Part shown: piece after piece, positions 19,699 to 30,508 of the stretch
Layout of the letters: the number at the start of each line of letters is the position of its first letter
Numbering within the stretch: the first letter of the stretch is position 1
NCBI GenBank assembly: GCA_963718335.1
Contig: CAVQYT010000007.1
Coordinates: forward strand, 356,122-420,121
Source: Methanobacteriota archaeon
Lineage (GTDB): Archaea; Methanobacteriota; Methanobacteria; Methanobacteriales; Methanobacteriaceae
Direction: 5' to 3'
DNA: 64,000 bases
The notes under the pieces: generated by a model
Databases searched by the model: none
What the model was told of the DNA's origin: nothing
The model's input: the letters and a program-made list of their open reading frames with translations, nothing else
Position numbers and translations under genes: made by a program

Positions 19699-19946
19699 AT
19701 AGGTTTTTTTGATCAAAAAATTATTTAAAGATTGAAGATAAATGTAATTTATTAATCATTTGATGACTTATTTTTGTAAATTTTTGGGAAAATGATGACT
19801 GATATTCCAAAACATAAAAGGGCTTAAGAGCCCTATTAATGAAATTATGACCCATCTTTTATTACTTTTCAGATGCTCTTGGCTAAAATCTATTAAATAA
19901 AAGATATAAAAATATCAAGGAGAATTGTATTAACGAGGAAAGATAA

Positions 19947-21899
19947 ATGACTGGATTTAAACTTTTTTCAGGTTATAAGCCGTTGGGAGATCAGCCCAAG
20001 GCAATTGGATCCCTGGTTAAAGGATTCAGCAATGGATTAAAGCAACAGACCTTACTTGGTGTCACCGGCTCTGGAAAGACCTTCACCATGGCTAATGTAA
20101 TCAAAGAAGTTCAAAAGCCAACCCTTGTCATTTCACACAATAAAACACTGGCTGCTCAGCTTTATGATGAATTTAAGGAATTTTTTCCAGAAAATGCAGT
20201 TGAATACTTCGTCAGTTACTATGATTACTATCAGCCCGAAGCTTACATTCCCCAAACAGACACCTACATCGATAAAGAAGCGAGTATAAACGATGAAATA
20301 GACCAGATGAGGCATTCTGCCACACAATCACTGCTTTCCAGAGATGATGTCATAGTGGTCTCCAGTGTGTCCTGTATTTATGGTATAGGATCCCCCCAGG
20401 ATTATGGTGATCATCTCTTGCACATGAAGGTGGGGGAGAGATATACAAGGGAGGAAATACTATCCAAACTGGTACATATACAGTATCAAAGAAACGATAT
20501 AGACTTTAAAAGGGGTAAATTTAGAGTAAGGGGAGATGTAATTGAGATATTTCCAGTTCATGGCTCCTTACCAGTTAGAATCGAGTTATTTGGCGATGAT
20601 GTAGAAAACATATCCTACATCGATTATGTAAGGGGAGATGTAGTTAAAAAAATTGACAGGATAACCATATTCCCGGCCAAGCACTTCGTTATCTCCCCAA
20701 GTAGAATGCAGAAAGCATTAAGAAATATAGAAAGGGAATTGGAGGATCGATTAAACATACTCCATTCCCAGAATAAACTCTTAGAAGCACAGCGACTGGA
20801 ACAGAGGACCAGATTTGACATGGAGATGCTCCAAGAAATGGGTTACTGTCCTGGCGTGGAGAATTACTCACTTCATTTAAGCGGTAGAAAATGGGGAAGC
20901 ATGCCCCATACGTTGATAAAATACTTTCCCCGGGATTTTTTAACCATTATAGATGAATCACATGTTACAGTGCCTCAAATTGGTGGTATGTATGCTGGAG
21001 ATCGTTCCAGGAAAGATACTTTGGTAGATCATGGTTTCAGGCTTCCTTCAGCCAGAGAAAACCGTCCTCTGAACTTCCAGGAATTTGAGAGTCTTATCGA
21101 TAAAGTAATGTACGTATCAGCCACCCCGGCAAGTTATGAACTGGAGATAAGTGAAAATCATGTGGAACAGATCATAAGGCCCACCGGACTGGTGGATCCA
21201 GAAGTTATTATTAAACCGGTTAGAGGCCAGGTTGATCATCTTTTGGGAGAGGTTCAAAAGAGAATTGAGAAAAATCATAGGATACTGGTAACCACCTTAA
21301 CCAAAAAGATGGCCGAAGATCTCACTGATTACTATGCCAAAATTGGAATTAAGGTAAGATATCTGCACTCTGAAATAGATACGCTGGAGCGAATCGATAT
21401 AATCGACGATCTGAGACGTGGAGAATTTGACTGTCTGGTAGGTGTTAATCTCTTAAGGGAGGGACTGGATCTTCCAGAAGTTTCCCTGATTGGTATCCTT
21501 GATGCCGATAAAGAGGGTTTTTTAAGGTCAGAAACATCCCTTATTCAGACCATTGGAAGAGCATCTAGGAATGTTCATGGCCAGGTAATTATCTATGCGG
21601 ATGAAATCACCAAATCGGTGCAAAGAGCGGTGAATATAACCAACCAGAGAAGAAAAATTCAGATGGAATACAATAAAAAGCATAATATCACCCCTAAATC
21701 GGTTTACAGGGCCATTAAAGAGAAGCCACAAAGGGATGAAATTGAACTTATTGATGATGTGGATTCCATCCCTAAGGATGAGCTACATCTAATGATTAAA
21801 GATCTGGAACGCGAAATGAAACAGGCAGCATCCCAGCTGGATTTTGAAAGAGCTGCCAGGATAAGGGATAAAATAACGGTATTAGAAGGAGTTTCATAA
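19947..21899 (+). CDS. uvrB: Excinuclease ABC subunit B
   Basis: [30 protein letters not shown] and the C-terminal UVR motif [12 protein letters not shown]. Confidence 0.95.
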   Translation: MTGFKLFSGYKPLGDQPKAIGSLVKGFSNGLKQQTLLGVTGSGKTFTMANVIKEVQKPTLVISHNKTLAAQLYDEFKEFFPENAVEYFVSYYDYYQPEAYIPQTDTYIDKEASINDEIDQMRHSATQSLLSRDDVIVVSSVSCIYGIGSPQDYGDHLLHMKVGERYTREEILSKLVHIQYQRNDIDFKRGKFRVRGDVIEIFPVHGSLPVRIELFGDDVENISYIDYVRGDVVKKIDRITIFPAKHFVISPSRMQKALRNIERELEDRLNILHSQNKLLEAQRLEQRTRFDMEMLQEMGYCPGVENYSLHLSGRKWGSMPHTLIKYFPRDFLTIIDESHVTVPQIGGMYAGDRSRKDTLVDHGFRLPSARENRPLNFQEFESLIDKVMYVSATPASYELEISENHVEQIIRPTGLVDPEVIIKPVRGQVDHLLGEVQKRIEKNHRILVTTLTKKMAEDLTDYYAKIGIKVRYLHSEIDTLERIDIIDDLRRGEFDCLVGVNLLREGLDLPEVSLIGILDADKEGFLRSETSLIQTIGRASRNVHGQVIIYADEITKSVQRAVNITNQRRKIQMEYNKKHNITPKSVYRAIKEKPQRDEIELIDDVDSIPKDELHLMIKDLEREMKQAASQLDFERAARIRDKITVLEGVS

Positions 21900-21901
21900 T
21901 A

Positions 21902-23221
21902 ATGAAAACCAAAAAAGATAACATCGTAATAAAGGGAGCAAGGGAGCATAATTTAAAAAATATCGATATTACCATCCCCAGGGATAAGCTCATCGTCATA
22001 TCTGGAATCAGTGGTTCAGGGAAATCATCACTGGCATTTGATACTATATATGCTGAAGGTCAAAGAAGATATGTAGAATCCCTATCTGCATACGCCCGAC
22101 AGTTTTTGGGGCAGATGAAAAAACCAGAGATCGACTATATCGAGGGACTTTCACCAGCCATTTCCATAGATCAAAAAACAACCAAGATGAATCCCCGATC
22201 TACGGTGGGAACAGTTACTGAAATTTACGATTATTTAAGACTTTTATATGCTAGAGTTGGCATTCCACACTGTTATAATTGTGGTAAACCCATAGCACAG
22301 CAGACTTCAGGTCAGATAGTAGATAACATACTCCAGGAGGAAGAGGAAACAAGGATTCAGATACTGGCACCGGTGGTTAAGGACAGGAAGGGTGAACATC
22401 ATAAGTTACTGGAAGAACTAAAAAGAAAGGGTTTTGTACGGATAAGGGTGGATGGTGAGATATTAAGCATGGATGATGATATTGACCTGGATAAAAATAA
22501 AAAACATACCCTGGATGTGGTTGTGGACAGGCTGATTATAAGATACGATGTTGATTTTAAAAGAAGACTTGCAGATTCAGTTGAAACTGCCCTTGAACTT
22601 GGAGAAGGTGTGGTCACCGTTCTGTACCAAAAGGATGATAAAAGCAGAGAAAAAGTTTTCAGCGAACACTTTGCATGCACAGACTGTGGAATCAACTTCC
22701 AGGAGATAAGTCCACGAACATTTTCATTCAACAGTCCGCACGGAGCCTGTTCCACATGTAATGGGCTGGGAAGCAAAATGGAAATAGATACCGATCTGGT
22801 GATTCCTGATAAATCCCTTTCACTTTCTGAGGGGGCAATTTTGCCCTGGAGTAAATCTAAAAATAGGAATAATTATTACAATCAAATGCTTAAAGCAGTG
22901 GCCAGCTATTATGGCTTCAGCATGGATACTCCATTCCAGGATTTAGGAAAAAAATACCAGAACATTGTTCTTTATGGATCATCAGAACGTGTGGACTTTA
23001 CCTTCAGAAGAAAAAACAGAATGCATCATGTAAAAAGGAAATTTGAAGGTGTGGTAAGGAGGATGGAACGCCTCTTTATGGACACCAAATCCAATTACAT
23101 GCGTGGTTACATTGGTCAGTTCATGAGCGATAGAAAATGTCCAGACTGCGAAGGCACCAGATTAAGGCCTGAAAGCCGTTCTGTGACTGTGGGAGGTAAA
23201 TCAATTTCAACGGTATCGTAA
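21902..23221 (+). CDS. uvrA: Excinuclease ABC subunit A, N-terminal 439-aa fragment (ends at the in-frame TAA 23219-23221)
   Basis: [10 protein letters not shown], Walker [24 protein letters not shown] and zinc-module Cys pairs. It is in the same frame as the next ORF. Confidence 0.85.
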   Translation: MKTKKDNIVIKGAREHNLKNIDITIPRDKLIVISGISGSGKSSLAFDTIYAEGQRRYVESLSAYARQFLGQMKKPEIDYIEGLSPAISIDQKTTKMNPRSTVGTVTEIYDYLRLLYARVGIPHCYNCGKPIAQQTSGQIVDNILQEEEETRIQILAPVVKDRKGEHHKLLEELKRKGFVRIRVDGEILSMDDDIDLDKNKKHTLDVVVDRLIIRYDVDFKRRLADSVETALELGEGVVTVLYQKDDKSREKVFSEHFACTDCGINFQEISPRTFSFNSPHGACSTCNGLGSKMEIDTDLVIPDKSLSLSEGAILPWSKSKNRNNYYNQMLKAVASYYGFSMDTPFQDLGKKYQNIVLYGSSERVDFTFRRKNRMHHVKRKFEGVVRRMERLFMDTKSNYMRGYIGQFMSDRKCPDCEGTRLRPESRSVTVGGKSISTVS

Positions 23222-24790
23222 ATGCCCATCAAAGAATCTAAAAAGTTTTTTTCCCAGTTAAAATTAACAGAAATGGAGAATTTCATTGCCAAGGAGATAC
23301 TTAAGGAGATAAATGAGCGTTTAAAGTTTCTGGCCAATGTGGGTCTGGATTATATCACACTTGACAGGTCTTCAGGTACTCTTTCAGGTGGAGAAGCTCA
23401 AAGGATCCGTCTTGCCACCCAGATAGGTTCTGGACTGGTGGGGGTTCTCTACATTCTGGATGAACCCAGTATTGGACTGCATCAAAGGGACAATGCCAGG
23501 CTCATAGAAACCCTTAAAAAGCTTCGAGATATAGGTAACACTCTCATAATCGTGGAACACGATGAGGAAACAATATTGTCGGCAGATCATGTAATTGATA
23601 TCGGTCCTGGAGCCGGTGAACACGGAGGAAGAATAACCGCTTCTGGTAATCCTCTAAAGATTATGGATAACCCTGATTCTATCACTGGAAGATTCTTATC
23701 CAGAAAAGATACCATTGAAATACCAGATAAAAGAACAGAACCTAATGGTAAATACATAACTGTGGTGGGGGCCAGGCATAACAACCTTCAAAACATCGAT
23801 GTGAAGATTCCACTGGGGGTTTTCAGTTGTATCACCGGTGTTTCAGGGTCAGGAAAAAGTACACTCATAAATGACGTGCTTTACAAGGGACTTTCAGGTA
23901 AATTCAATAAAAGACATGTGATAGCCGGAAAACATGACCATATTGAGGGAACTGAAAACATCGACAAGGTAATTATCATAGATCAATCGCCAATAGGAAG
24001 AACACCCCGTTCCAATCCAGCAACCTACACAGGGGTGTTCACATATATAAGGGAAATTTTTGCAGATACAATCGAATCTAAAAAAAGAGGATATAAACCT
24101 GGAAGATTTAGTTTTAATGTGAAAGGAGGCCGCTGCAACGCCTGCCATGGTGATGGAATTATTAAAATTGAAATGCACTTTTTAGCAGATGTTTACGTAC
24201 CCTGTGAGGTATGTGCAGGTAAAAGATATAACCGAGAGACTCTGGATATTAGGTATAAGGGTAAAAACATCGCTGATGTTCTGGATATGACTGTGGAAGA
24301 AGCTCTCCACTTCTTCAGGAATATACCACGTATCCATAAAAAATTAAAAACTCTGGATGACGTTGGACTCAGTTACATCAAACTGGGACAACCCGCCACT
24401 ACTCTTTCTGGTGGGGAAGCTCAACGAGTTAAGCTGTCCAAGGAATTAAGCCGTCAGAGCACAGGTAGTACTCTGTACATACTTGATGAACCAACCACAG
24501 GACTTCACTTCGCCGATATTAAAAAGCTTTTAGATGTTCTGGGGAGATTAAGGGACTCTGGAAACACCATACTGGTAATCGAACATAACATGGATGTTAT
24601 TAAGACTGCCGACTACATCATTGACCTTGGTCCGGAGGGTGGAGATGAAGGAGGACTTGTTGTAGCTGAAGGAACTCCGGAAGATATTGCCTTAAGTGAT
24701 ACTTACACAGGTAATTTCTTGAAAAATGTTTTAAAGGGCAAATCACCAATCCAGGCTGGGGAAATGGAATTTAAGATGGTTTCTAAATGA
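23222..24790 (+). CDS. uvrA: Excinuclease ABC subunit A, C-terminal 522-aa fragment
   Basis: Continues colinearly: [29 protein letters not shown], second Walker [11 protein letters not shown], and a second [11 protein letters not shown] / [12 protein letters not shown]. Confidence 0.85.
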   Translation: MPIKESKKFFSQLKLTEMENFIAKEILKEINERLKFLANVGLDYITLDRSSGTLSGGEAQRIRLATQIGSGLVGVLYILDEPSIGLHQRDNARLIETLKKLRDIGNTLIIVEHDEETILSADHVIDIGPGAGEHGGRITASGNPLKIMDNPDSITGRFLSRKDTIEIPDKRTEPNGKYITVVGARHNNLQNIDVKIPLGVFSCITGVSGSGKSTLINDVLYKGLSGKFNKRHVIAGKHDHIEGTENIDKVIIIDQSPIGRTPRSNPATYTGVFTYIREIFADTIESKKRGYKPGRFSFNVKGGRCNACHGDGIIKIEMHFLADVYVPCEVCAGKRYNRETLDIRYKGKNIADVLDMTVEEALHFFRNIPRIHKKLKTLDDVGLSYIKLGQPATTLSGGEAQRVKLSKELSRQSTGSTLYILDEPTTGLHFADIKKLLDVLGRLRDSGNTILVIEHNMDVIKTADYIIDLGPEGGDEGGLVVAEGTPEDIALSDTYTGNFLKNVLKGKSPIQAGEMEFKMVSK

Positions 24791-24839
24791 TCCTAAAATA
24801 AATTAATTTAAAGAACCCAGATCATAATGAAGGGATTCT

Positions 24840-25736
24840 ATGGTTGGAAGCAAGGTTTTTTTATTAAAGACCAGGGATAGAAATTATGGAATTGGCCGGT
24901 TGATGGAGGAATTTAACATATCCCCATTAGATGTGGCTATTAAAGCTAATTATAACAGTGCAGACCCTTTTCCAGCCTCAACCCACCTAGACACCCTGGG
25001 AGAGATTATTAAAAATCTACAGAAAAAGGGTATCTCTGACATCACACTGGCTGAGAGAAGTGGTATGGGTAAAACCAGGGAAGTTCTGGAGAAAATGGGC
25101 GTATTTAAATTGGCCCAAGAGTTGAACTTCAATGTAACTGTACTTGATGAAATGGATAGGGAAGAATGGATAAAAATAGAAAAGAAAGATACCCACTGGC
25201 TAAAGGGTTTTTATCTTCCAAGGCTTTTTTTAGAGTCACAGGGAGTGATTCAAACATGCTGCCTTAAAACACACAGATTTGGAGGTCATTTCACTCTTTC
25301 TTTAAAAAATTCAGTGGGGATGGTTTCCAAACGCCTTCCCGGCGGAATATATGATTATATGGCCGAACTGCACCTATCACCAAATCAGAGAAAGATGATT
25401 GCTGAGGTAAACAACCATTATGAGGTTGATATGATCATTATGGATGCAATAAAAGCGTTTATCAGTAAGGGCCCTGAAAGAGGTAGGATTGTGGGGCCCC
25501 AGCTTTTAATAGCCACCAGTGATCGGGTAGCAAATGATGCCGTGGGGGTTGCCCTCCTCAGAATTTATGGAAACACCTATCTTAGCAAGAAAAAAATCTT
25601 CCAGCAATCCCAGATAAGGAGAGCCAGTGAACTTGGAATTGGAGTAAATCATGCCCATGATATTGAGGTAGTGGCATTGAACCCGGAAAGCGAGAAGGAT
25701 GCGCAGAATATAATAAATCTCTTTGAGGATGAATGA
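24840..25736 (+). CDS. DUF362-like protein
   Basis: VAIKANYNSADPFPASTHLDTLGEIIKNL..ITLAERSG resembles the DUF362 N-terminal pattern. The call is tentative. Confidence 0.55.
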   Translation: MVGSKVFLLKTRDRNYGIGRLMEEFNISPLDVAIKANYNSADPFPASTHLDTLGEIIKNLQKKGISDITLAERSGMGKTREVLEKMGVFKLAQELNFNVTVLDEMDREEWIKIEKKDTHWLKGFYLPRLFLESQGVIQTCCLKTHRFGGHFTLSLKNSVGMVSKRLPGGIYDYMAELHLSPNQRKMIAEVNNHYEVDMIIMDAIKAFISKGPERGRIVGPQLLIATSDRVANDAVGVALLRIYGNTYLSKKKIFQQSQIRRASELGIGVNHAHDIEVVALNPESEKDAQNIINLFEDE

Positions 25737-26323
25737 AGGTAAATAACAAGGTTATTATCAAGCCCCATAGGCCAGATTTAAAGGAAAAACTGTTTTTCTT
25801 AATTTCAGGAATAATAGTCAGTATACCCATAACCCTCTTCTTTATGACCCTGGCCCAGAATCTTTATAAAGGATTACCCAGCTTTTTTATATTTTTACTT
25901 TCAGTGGTGATTTTTACCCCCTTTGTTGAAGAGTTTGCCAAGGCATATCCCTTATTTTACAGACATGGAGAAACTGAAAGGTCAATTTTTACATTGGGCT
26001 TTCTGGTGGGTCTTGGATTTGGAATATCTGAATTTATTCTTTACGTTTTTGTGTTGGAAGCGCCGCTCTTTTTAAGGTTTTCAGGCATTTTTTTCCATGC
26101 TGCTACCACCTCCATCGTGGCCTATGGTATAGCCAAAAAACAACCATTTATCTACTATTTAATAGCGGTGGGTCTTCACTTCCTGAACAATTTCTCTGCA
26201 TTGTTTGATGCAGGTATAATAGGCTATCTAATAGCCAATGTAACAGCATATTATCTTTCCTATACCCTTTATAAGAAAACTTCAGAGAATATGGTGGAGG
26301 ATAAGTACTGCACTCCTGGTTAA
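25733..26323 (+). CDS. PrsW/CPBP-like intramembrane metalloprotease
   Basis: Polytopic protein with FVEEFAKAYP (EExxK) and GLHFLNNF (HxxxN) motifs. Its start forms an ATGA overlap with the upstream stop. Confidence 0.55.
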   Translation: MKVNNKVIIKPHRPDLKEKLFFLISGIIVSIPITLFFMTLAQNLYKGLPSFFIFLLSVVIFTPFVEEFAKAYPLFYRHGETERSIFTLGFLVGLGFGISEFILYVFVLEAPLFLRFSGIFFHAATTSIVAYGIAKKQPFIYYLIAVGLHFLNNFSALFDAGIIGYLIANVTAYYLSYTLYKKTSENMVEDKYCTPG

Positions 26324-26638
26324 ATTCTGAAAGTTCTCTATCCTTTGTTTCAGGTAATATCCATATTCCAGTTAATAGCGCGATACATTGCAATAAATCC
26401 TGTTCCCAGAGAATATTTAGATGCTATCAAGGCAATTATTACTGTGAAAAATTAAAATCACATGGCATGGTTGAATGCAGAACCCGAGGCTGTGTTTCTT
26501 ACTGTGGGTGGGAAGAGTACTGAAAAAAGGGGCTCCCTAACCACCAAAAAAACCGGTTCCAAATCCAACCAGGAATATGGAACTTGAATTATTTGAAAAA
26601 TAAAAATTAAAATAAAGGGAGTTTATATTATGCAGGCC

Positions 26639-26827
26639 TTATCCAGATCTATTACACAGCAATACGTTCCCGGTTCCAACGTTCTCGGAATCGACTTCTC
26701 TTATGATGGTAACCATTGCCATTACAGGAATATCCATTATTCTACTTGCGGTTTCACTGATTTCTTTTACCAGCTCAGCTTTTTGCTCTTTACTCATTTT
26801 AGGACCTTCGATTGTGATTACAGGCAT
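26639..26827 (-). CDS. 4-oxalocrotonate tautomerase family protein
   Basis: [25 protein letters not shown].. has an N-terminal Pro after Met and is ~62 aa. The track start at 26839 is probably too far upstream. Confidence 0.75.
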   Translation of the reverse strand: MPVITIEGPKMSKEQKAELVKEISETASRIMDIPVMAMVTIIREVDSENVGTGNVLLCNRSG

Positions 26828-26912
26828 TATATTCACCATTTAACTTTTTATTTTAGTGTTATATACAGTTATCTTTTTTGGATTTAGATATAATTTAACA
26901 CATTGGAATCAT

Positions 26913-27860
26913 CTAATAATGGGCATGTAATTCATGTAAGCGGGAAAAGATCATGGCCACCGTTATTATATCCTGCTGGTTATGTTTAACTATGGGGATT
27001 AATGGGCCAGCGTTCCCTGTTTTAAGGTATGTTTCGTAGAATTCTGGTACCAGACCGCTGGGTACATCATCATCCCTTAAGATATTGAATAAATGAGTTT
27101 CCAGAGTTTGTAACTGGCAATTCATGGTTTCCCCACTCCACTGGCGCCTTGAAAAATGTAGCATGTCAAAATGGGAATGATTTATATTATCCTTTAAGTT
27201 GAAGTAACGTATTCTATCCTTAATAAACGGTAAGTCGAAGGTTTGACCATTAAAAGTTACAAAAACACTGCTGGGTTCAATGTCAGATATAAAAGAATCT
27301 AAAACCGCCTTTTCTTCCCCTGTATTTCGGGATAGGTACTGTTTTACGTTGATCTTATTATCAGATACACTTGCTATTCCCAGAAGGATGATGGGGCTTG
27401 AATGAAGGCCCATAGTCTCAATATCCAGGAATATGAACTCATGGTCATGTTTGAAACTGGATGAATAGAGTAAGAGTGGATGAGAACGAGGATAAAATCT
27501 GCAGATCCAGTCTTCAATTTCACAACTGTCCCTGTTTTTTAAGTGACTTAAAAATTTTGAGGCCTCACCGGCAAATTTCTCATGATCCCTTAAATCTTCA
27601 ATGGTGCAGTACCCTTCATCTTTGAGCCGCTGCTCTCTTACCTCACCAATTCCACTTAAGATCTTTAAATCGCTTAAGATTTTCTCCTCTGCTTTTTTAC
27701 TACTTAATGTATTTAATTTTATAGTGGATTCCTTTTCTATTTGGTAACAGAGACCATTGGCAGTTTTGACTTCTTCCCCTTTAATTAATTCATCCAGGGA
27801 TTTTCCTTCATTTTCAGTTAATAACCGTTGTTTTAATTTATAAGCGTTTAGATATTCCAT
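26913..27860 (-). CDS. RNase H-fold exonuclease (YprB/COG3359-like) with N-terminal helix-hairpin-helix
   Basis: LSGIGEVREQRLKDEGY (HhH), then FIFLDIETMGL and FNGQTFDLPFI exonuclease motifs. Confidence 0.6.
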   Translation of the reverse strand: MEYLNAYKLKQRLLTENEGKSLDELIKGEEVKTANGLCYQIEKESTIKLNTLSSKKAEEKILSDLKILSGIGEVREQRLKDEGYCTIEDLRDHEKFAGEASKFLSHLKNRDSCEIEDWICRFYPRSHPLLLYSSSFKHDHEFIFLDIETMGLHSSPIILLGIASVSDNKINVKQYLSRNTGEEKAVLDSFISDIEPSSVFVTFNGQTFDLPFIKDRIRYFNLKDNINHSHFDMLHFSRRQWSGETMNCQLQTLETHLFNILRDDDVPSGLVPEFYETYLKTGNAGPLIPIVKHNQQDIITVAMIFSRLHELHAHY

Positions 27861-27949
27861 GCATTTAATTCCTTGATAATTAAATTTTATAGTCAGTTTA
27901 TAATATTGGAGAGAAAGAATAAATAATTTAGTAAATTAAAAAAAAAATT

Positions 27950-28747
27950 TCAAGATTTAAAGGCATCTACATACTTGCTGAAAACACCATCCATGAACTT
28001 GGATACAATAACATCGCTGGTTAAATCATTTTCATAGGAATACTGTTCAATCACCCTTGTGGCCAGTTTCATAATTAACTTAGAAGTTTTAGAACTGGGT
28101 TTTTTTAGGATTATTGGATTTCTAGAAGCATTTGCAATCTGTAATTGTGGATCTTCAGGTATAATGGATAAAACAGGCACCTTGAGGATCACTTCAATCT
28201 CCTCAGTGGTTAAAAATACCTTATCCTCAACCTTCCTGTTTATTATTACCCCCAGAATTTTTATACCTAACTTTTCTGCCACTATCTTTGTTTTTAATGT
28301 GTCGCTTAAAGATGAGATTTCTGGAGTGGTTACCAGTATTATTTCATTGGATACTTCAATTGCGTTTATGGTATCTCTTTCCAGCCCTCCAGGAGCATCG
28401 ATAATCAGTATATCGATGTCTTCAGTTAGGGTTTCCAGCACATATTCCATCCTCTCCATTCTCATATCCTTCAATCCATAAAGTGATAGGCCGGCTGGTA
28501 CTATTTTAACCCCACCAGGTCCTTCATAAATTGCGTTATGGATCATGTCCCTTCCAGACAGTACTTCCTGCAGGGTAACTGGTTTATCTTCCAGACCCAG
28601 TATCAGCTCCAGATTTGCCATGGCTATATCCAGATCTAAAACCACCACATCTTCCCCGCGTAAGGACATGGCTATTCCTAGATTGGCAGCAATTGTGGTC
28701 TTTCCTACGCCCCCCTTCCCTGAGGCAACAGCTATAACTCTCGCCAT
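27950..28747 (-). CDS. minD: MinD/ParA-type P-loop ATPase (archaeal MinD)
   Basis: RVIAVASGKGGVGKTTIAANLG deviant Walker A, and DVVVLDLDIAMANLE. Confidence 0.85.
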   Translation of the reverse strand: MARVIAVASGKGGVGKTTIAANLGIAMSLRGEDVVVLDLDIAMANLELILGLEDKPVTLQEVLSGRDMIHNAIYEGPGGVKIVPAGLSLYGLKDMRMERMEYVLETLTEDIDILIIDAPGGLERDTINAIEVSNEIILVTTPEISSLSDTLKTKIVAEKLGIKILGVIINRKVEDKVFLTTEEIEVILKVPVLSIIPEDPQLQIANASRNPIILKKPSSKTSKLIMKLATRVIEQYSYENDLTSDVIVSKFMDGVFSKYVDAFKS

Positions 28748-28935
28748 TTTCGCACCGCAAGATCTAAACTTTGATCTATTTCTTGATTTAACCCCTATAA
28801 ATTTAGATATTAGTAATCTATAGTATTTATTCTATGACTCACATGCATATATCAATGGGGAAAAATATTGTGATTTAAATCACATGACCATAAATTCTTT
28901 TAACCAGTGCTTTAAAAATTTAATTCAGTGATAAT

Positions 28936-29388
28936 ATGGAAGATCATAATAAGTTCATGAAAGAGGCAATTAAAGAGGCAAAACTAAGTTTAAAAGAATC
29001 AGGAATCCCAATTGGTGCCGTGCTGGTAACTGGTGGTGAGATTATTTCCAGGGGACATAACAGATTGTTACAGAATGGATCTGTAATTTTACACGCTGAA
29101 ATGGATTGCATGGAAAAGGCAGGGAGAAGGGATGACTATCAAAATACCCTTCTTTATACCACCTTATCCCCCTGCGATATGTGTTCGGGAATGATTTTAT
29201 TGCACAAAATTCCCGTTGTGGTGATGGGAGAAAATAAAACCCTTAAGGGGCCAGAGAAATATTTAACTCAGAATGGAGTTAAGTTAATTAATCTGGATAT
29301 GGATGAATGCAGGGATATGATGGAAAAATTCATCAGAGACAGTCCACAGATCTGGAAAAAGGAGCTAAAAAGGGTGGGTTTTCAATAA
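28936..29388 (+). CDS. Cytosine deaminase, CDA-fold (yeast FCY1-type)
   Basis: HAEMDC and LYTTLSPCDMCSGMI zinc motifs. ..GENKTLKGPEKYL.. and the C-terminal FIRDSPQIW are colinear with FCY1-type enzymes. Confidence 0.8.
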   Translation: MEDHNKFMKEAIKEAKLSLKESGIPIGAVLVTGGEIISRGHNRLLQNGSVILHAEMDCMEKAGRRDDYQNTLLYTTLSPCDMCSGMILLHKIPVVVMGENKTLKGPEKYLTQNGVKLINLDMDECRDMMEKFIRDSPQIWKKELKRVGFQ

Positions 29389-29493
29389 TTCATCCCCTGC
29401 ATATACCTTTTTTTTTATGAACATTTAAATAGTTTCAAATTAAATTATATTGAATAAGATACAATACTTGCACCAATTTATCAGGGACATAAA

Positions 29494-30444
29494 ATGAGAA
29501 AGATTGTGCTACTAATAGTGGTAATTACCATAGCATTGGCAGTTTTAGCAACCTATAATTATTATACAACCATGGAAAAGACGGTGGTGGTAGGGTATCT
29601 ACCCAGTGATCATCATGCAGCTTTATTTGTGGCTAATGCTAAGGAAATGTATGATAATGAGGGTATAAGGGTTCAGCTGGTTCCTTTTAGGGCGGGTCCC
29701 GAAGTAATTAATGCATTAGAAAATGGCGAAATAGACTTGGGATACTGTGGGATATCGCCAGCCATCACGGCTATAACCAATGGAAAACCTATTAAAATAG
29801 TGGCGGCGGTAAATCAGGATGGATCTGGAATTGTGGTTAATGGAAATTCCAGCATCAAAACCATAACTGATTTAAAAAATAAAAAAATTGCAATACCCCA
29901 AAAGGGATCGGTTCAGGACGTATTGTTGAAGGACGCACTTATAAAAAATAATATAAGTCTGGATAGTGTTAACATTACTGAATCAGAGGTTCCTTACATG
30001 CCCAGATCACTTTTACTGGATAAATTTGATGCTTTTGTTGCATGGGAACCCTATCCATCAGCAGCAAAAATTGAGGATAATGAAACCGTACTGGCATATT
30101 CTGAGGATCTCTGGAACAACCATCCCTGCTGCGTCGTGGTAACCACCGATGCCTATATCCGGGATGATACAAATAAACTGCAAAAAGTATTAAAGGTTCA
30201 TTCCCTATCCACAGATTATATAAACACCCATCAGGATGAGGCAGCATTAATCATATCAAAAAAATTAGGAACGGACGTTGAAGTGGAGAAGGAAGGTTTA
30301 AATCATGTAGAATATATATCCAAACCTTCTGAAGAATTCATAGGAAATGTTTTTAAAATGGTGGAGATTCAAAATAAACTGGGATACATAAAAAAGGGAC
30401 TGAACAAAGAAGAACTGTTCAATCTGCAATATCTAGGGGGATAA
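29494..30444 (+). CDS. NMT1/THI5-like (SsuA/TauA-type) substrate-binding protein with N-terminal anchor
   Basis: An N-terminal hydrophobic helix followed by VVGYLPSDHHAALFVA..GEIDLGYCGISPAI..AWEPYPS. No adjacent permease or ATPase gene. Confidence 0.7.
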   Translation: MRKIVLLIVVITIALAVLATYNYYTTMEKTVVVGYLPSDHHAALFVANAKEMYDNEGIRVQLVPFRAGPEVINALENGEIDLGYCGISPAITAITNGKPIKIVAAVNQDGSGIVVNGNSSIKTITDLKNKKIAIPQKGSVQDVLLKDALIKNNISLDSVNITESEVPYMPRSLLLDKFDAFVAWEPYPSAAKIEDNETVLAYSEDLWNNHPCCVVVTTDAYIRDDTNKLQKVLKVHSLSTDYINTHQDEAALIISKKLGTDVEVEKEGLNHVEYISKPSEEFIGNVFKMVEIQNKLGYIKKGLNKEELFNLQYLGG

Positions 30445-30508
30445 ATCGAATGAAAAGGGAAAATCTGTTCAATAAAATTTAAATTTAATTTTTTAATTAA
30501 TTAGGTCT

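Noticed and set aside
23219-23221. I considered whether the in-frame stop in uvrA could be programmed recoding (selenocysteine or pyrrolysine).
   Set aside because: The codon is TAA, whereas Sec uses TGA and Pyl uses TAG. No SECIS-like context is evident, and Methanobacteriales are not known Pyl users.
26324-26638. This is a 315-nt spacer between convergent genes with coding-like composition. It has a 41-codon plus-strand ORF (26462..26587) and a minus-strand frame reading ..SIFLVGFGTGFFGG-TAG-GAPFFSVLFPP.., which resembles a membrane-protein fragment.
   Set aside because: Neither reading has a start codon with a ribosome-binding site or any recognisable family motif, and the minus frame is broken by a stop. 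It may be a decayed gene remnant, but I cannot support a call.
26913-28747. I considered the co-oriented minD, HhH-RNase H-fold exonuclease and 4-OT genes as a possible functional module.
   Set aside because: The gaps of 73-89 nt leave room for separate promoters, and I know of no functional link among the families. It looks like ordinary adjacency.
29494-30444. This is an orphan NMT1/THI5-like substrate-binding protein with no ABC permease or ATPase next to it.
   Set aside because: Orphan binding proteins of this family are common and may serve non-transport roles. The sequence shows nothing further.
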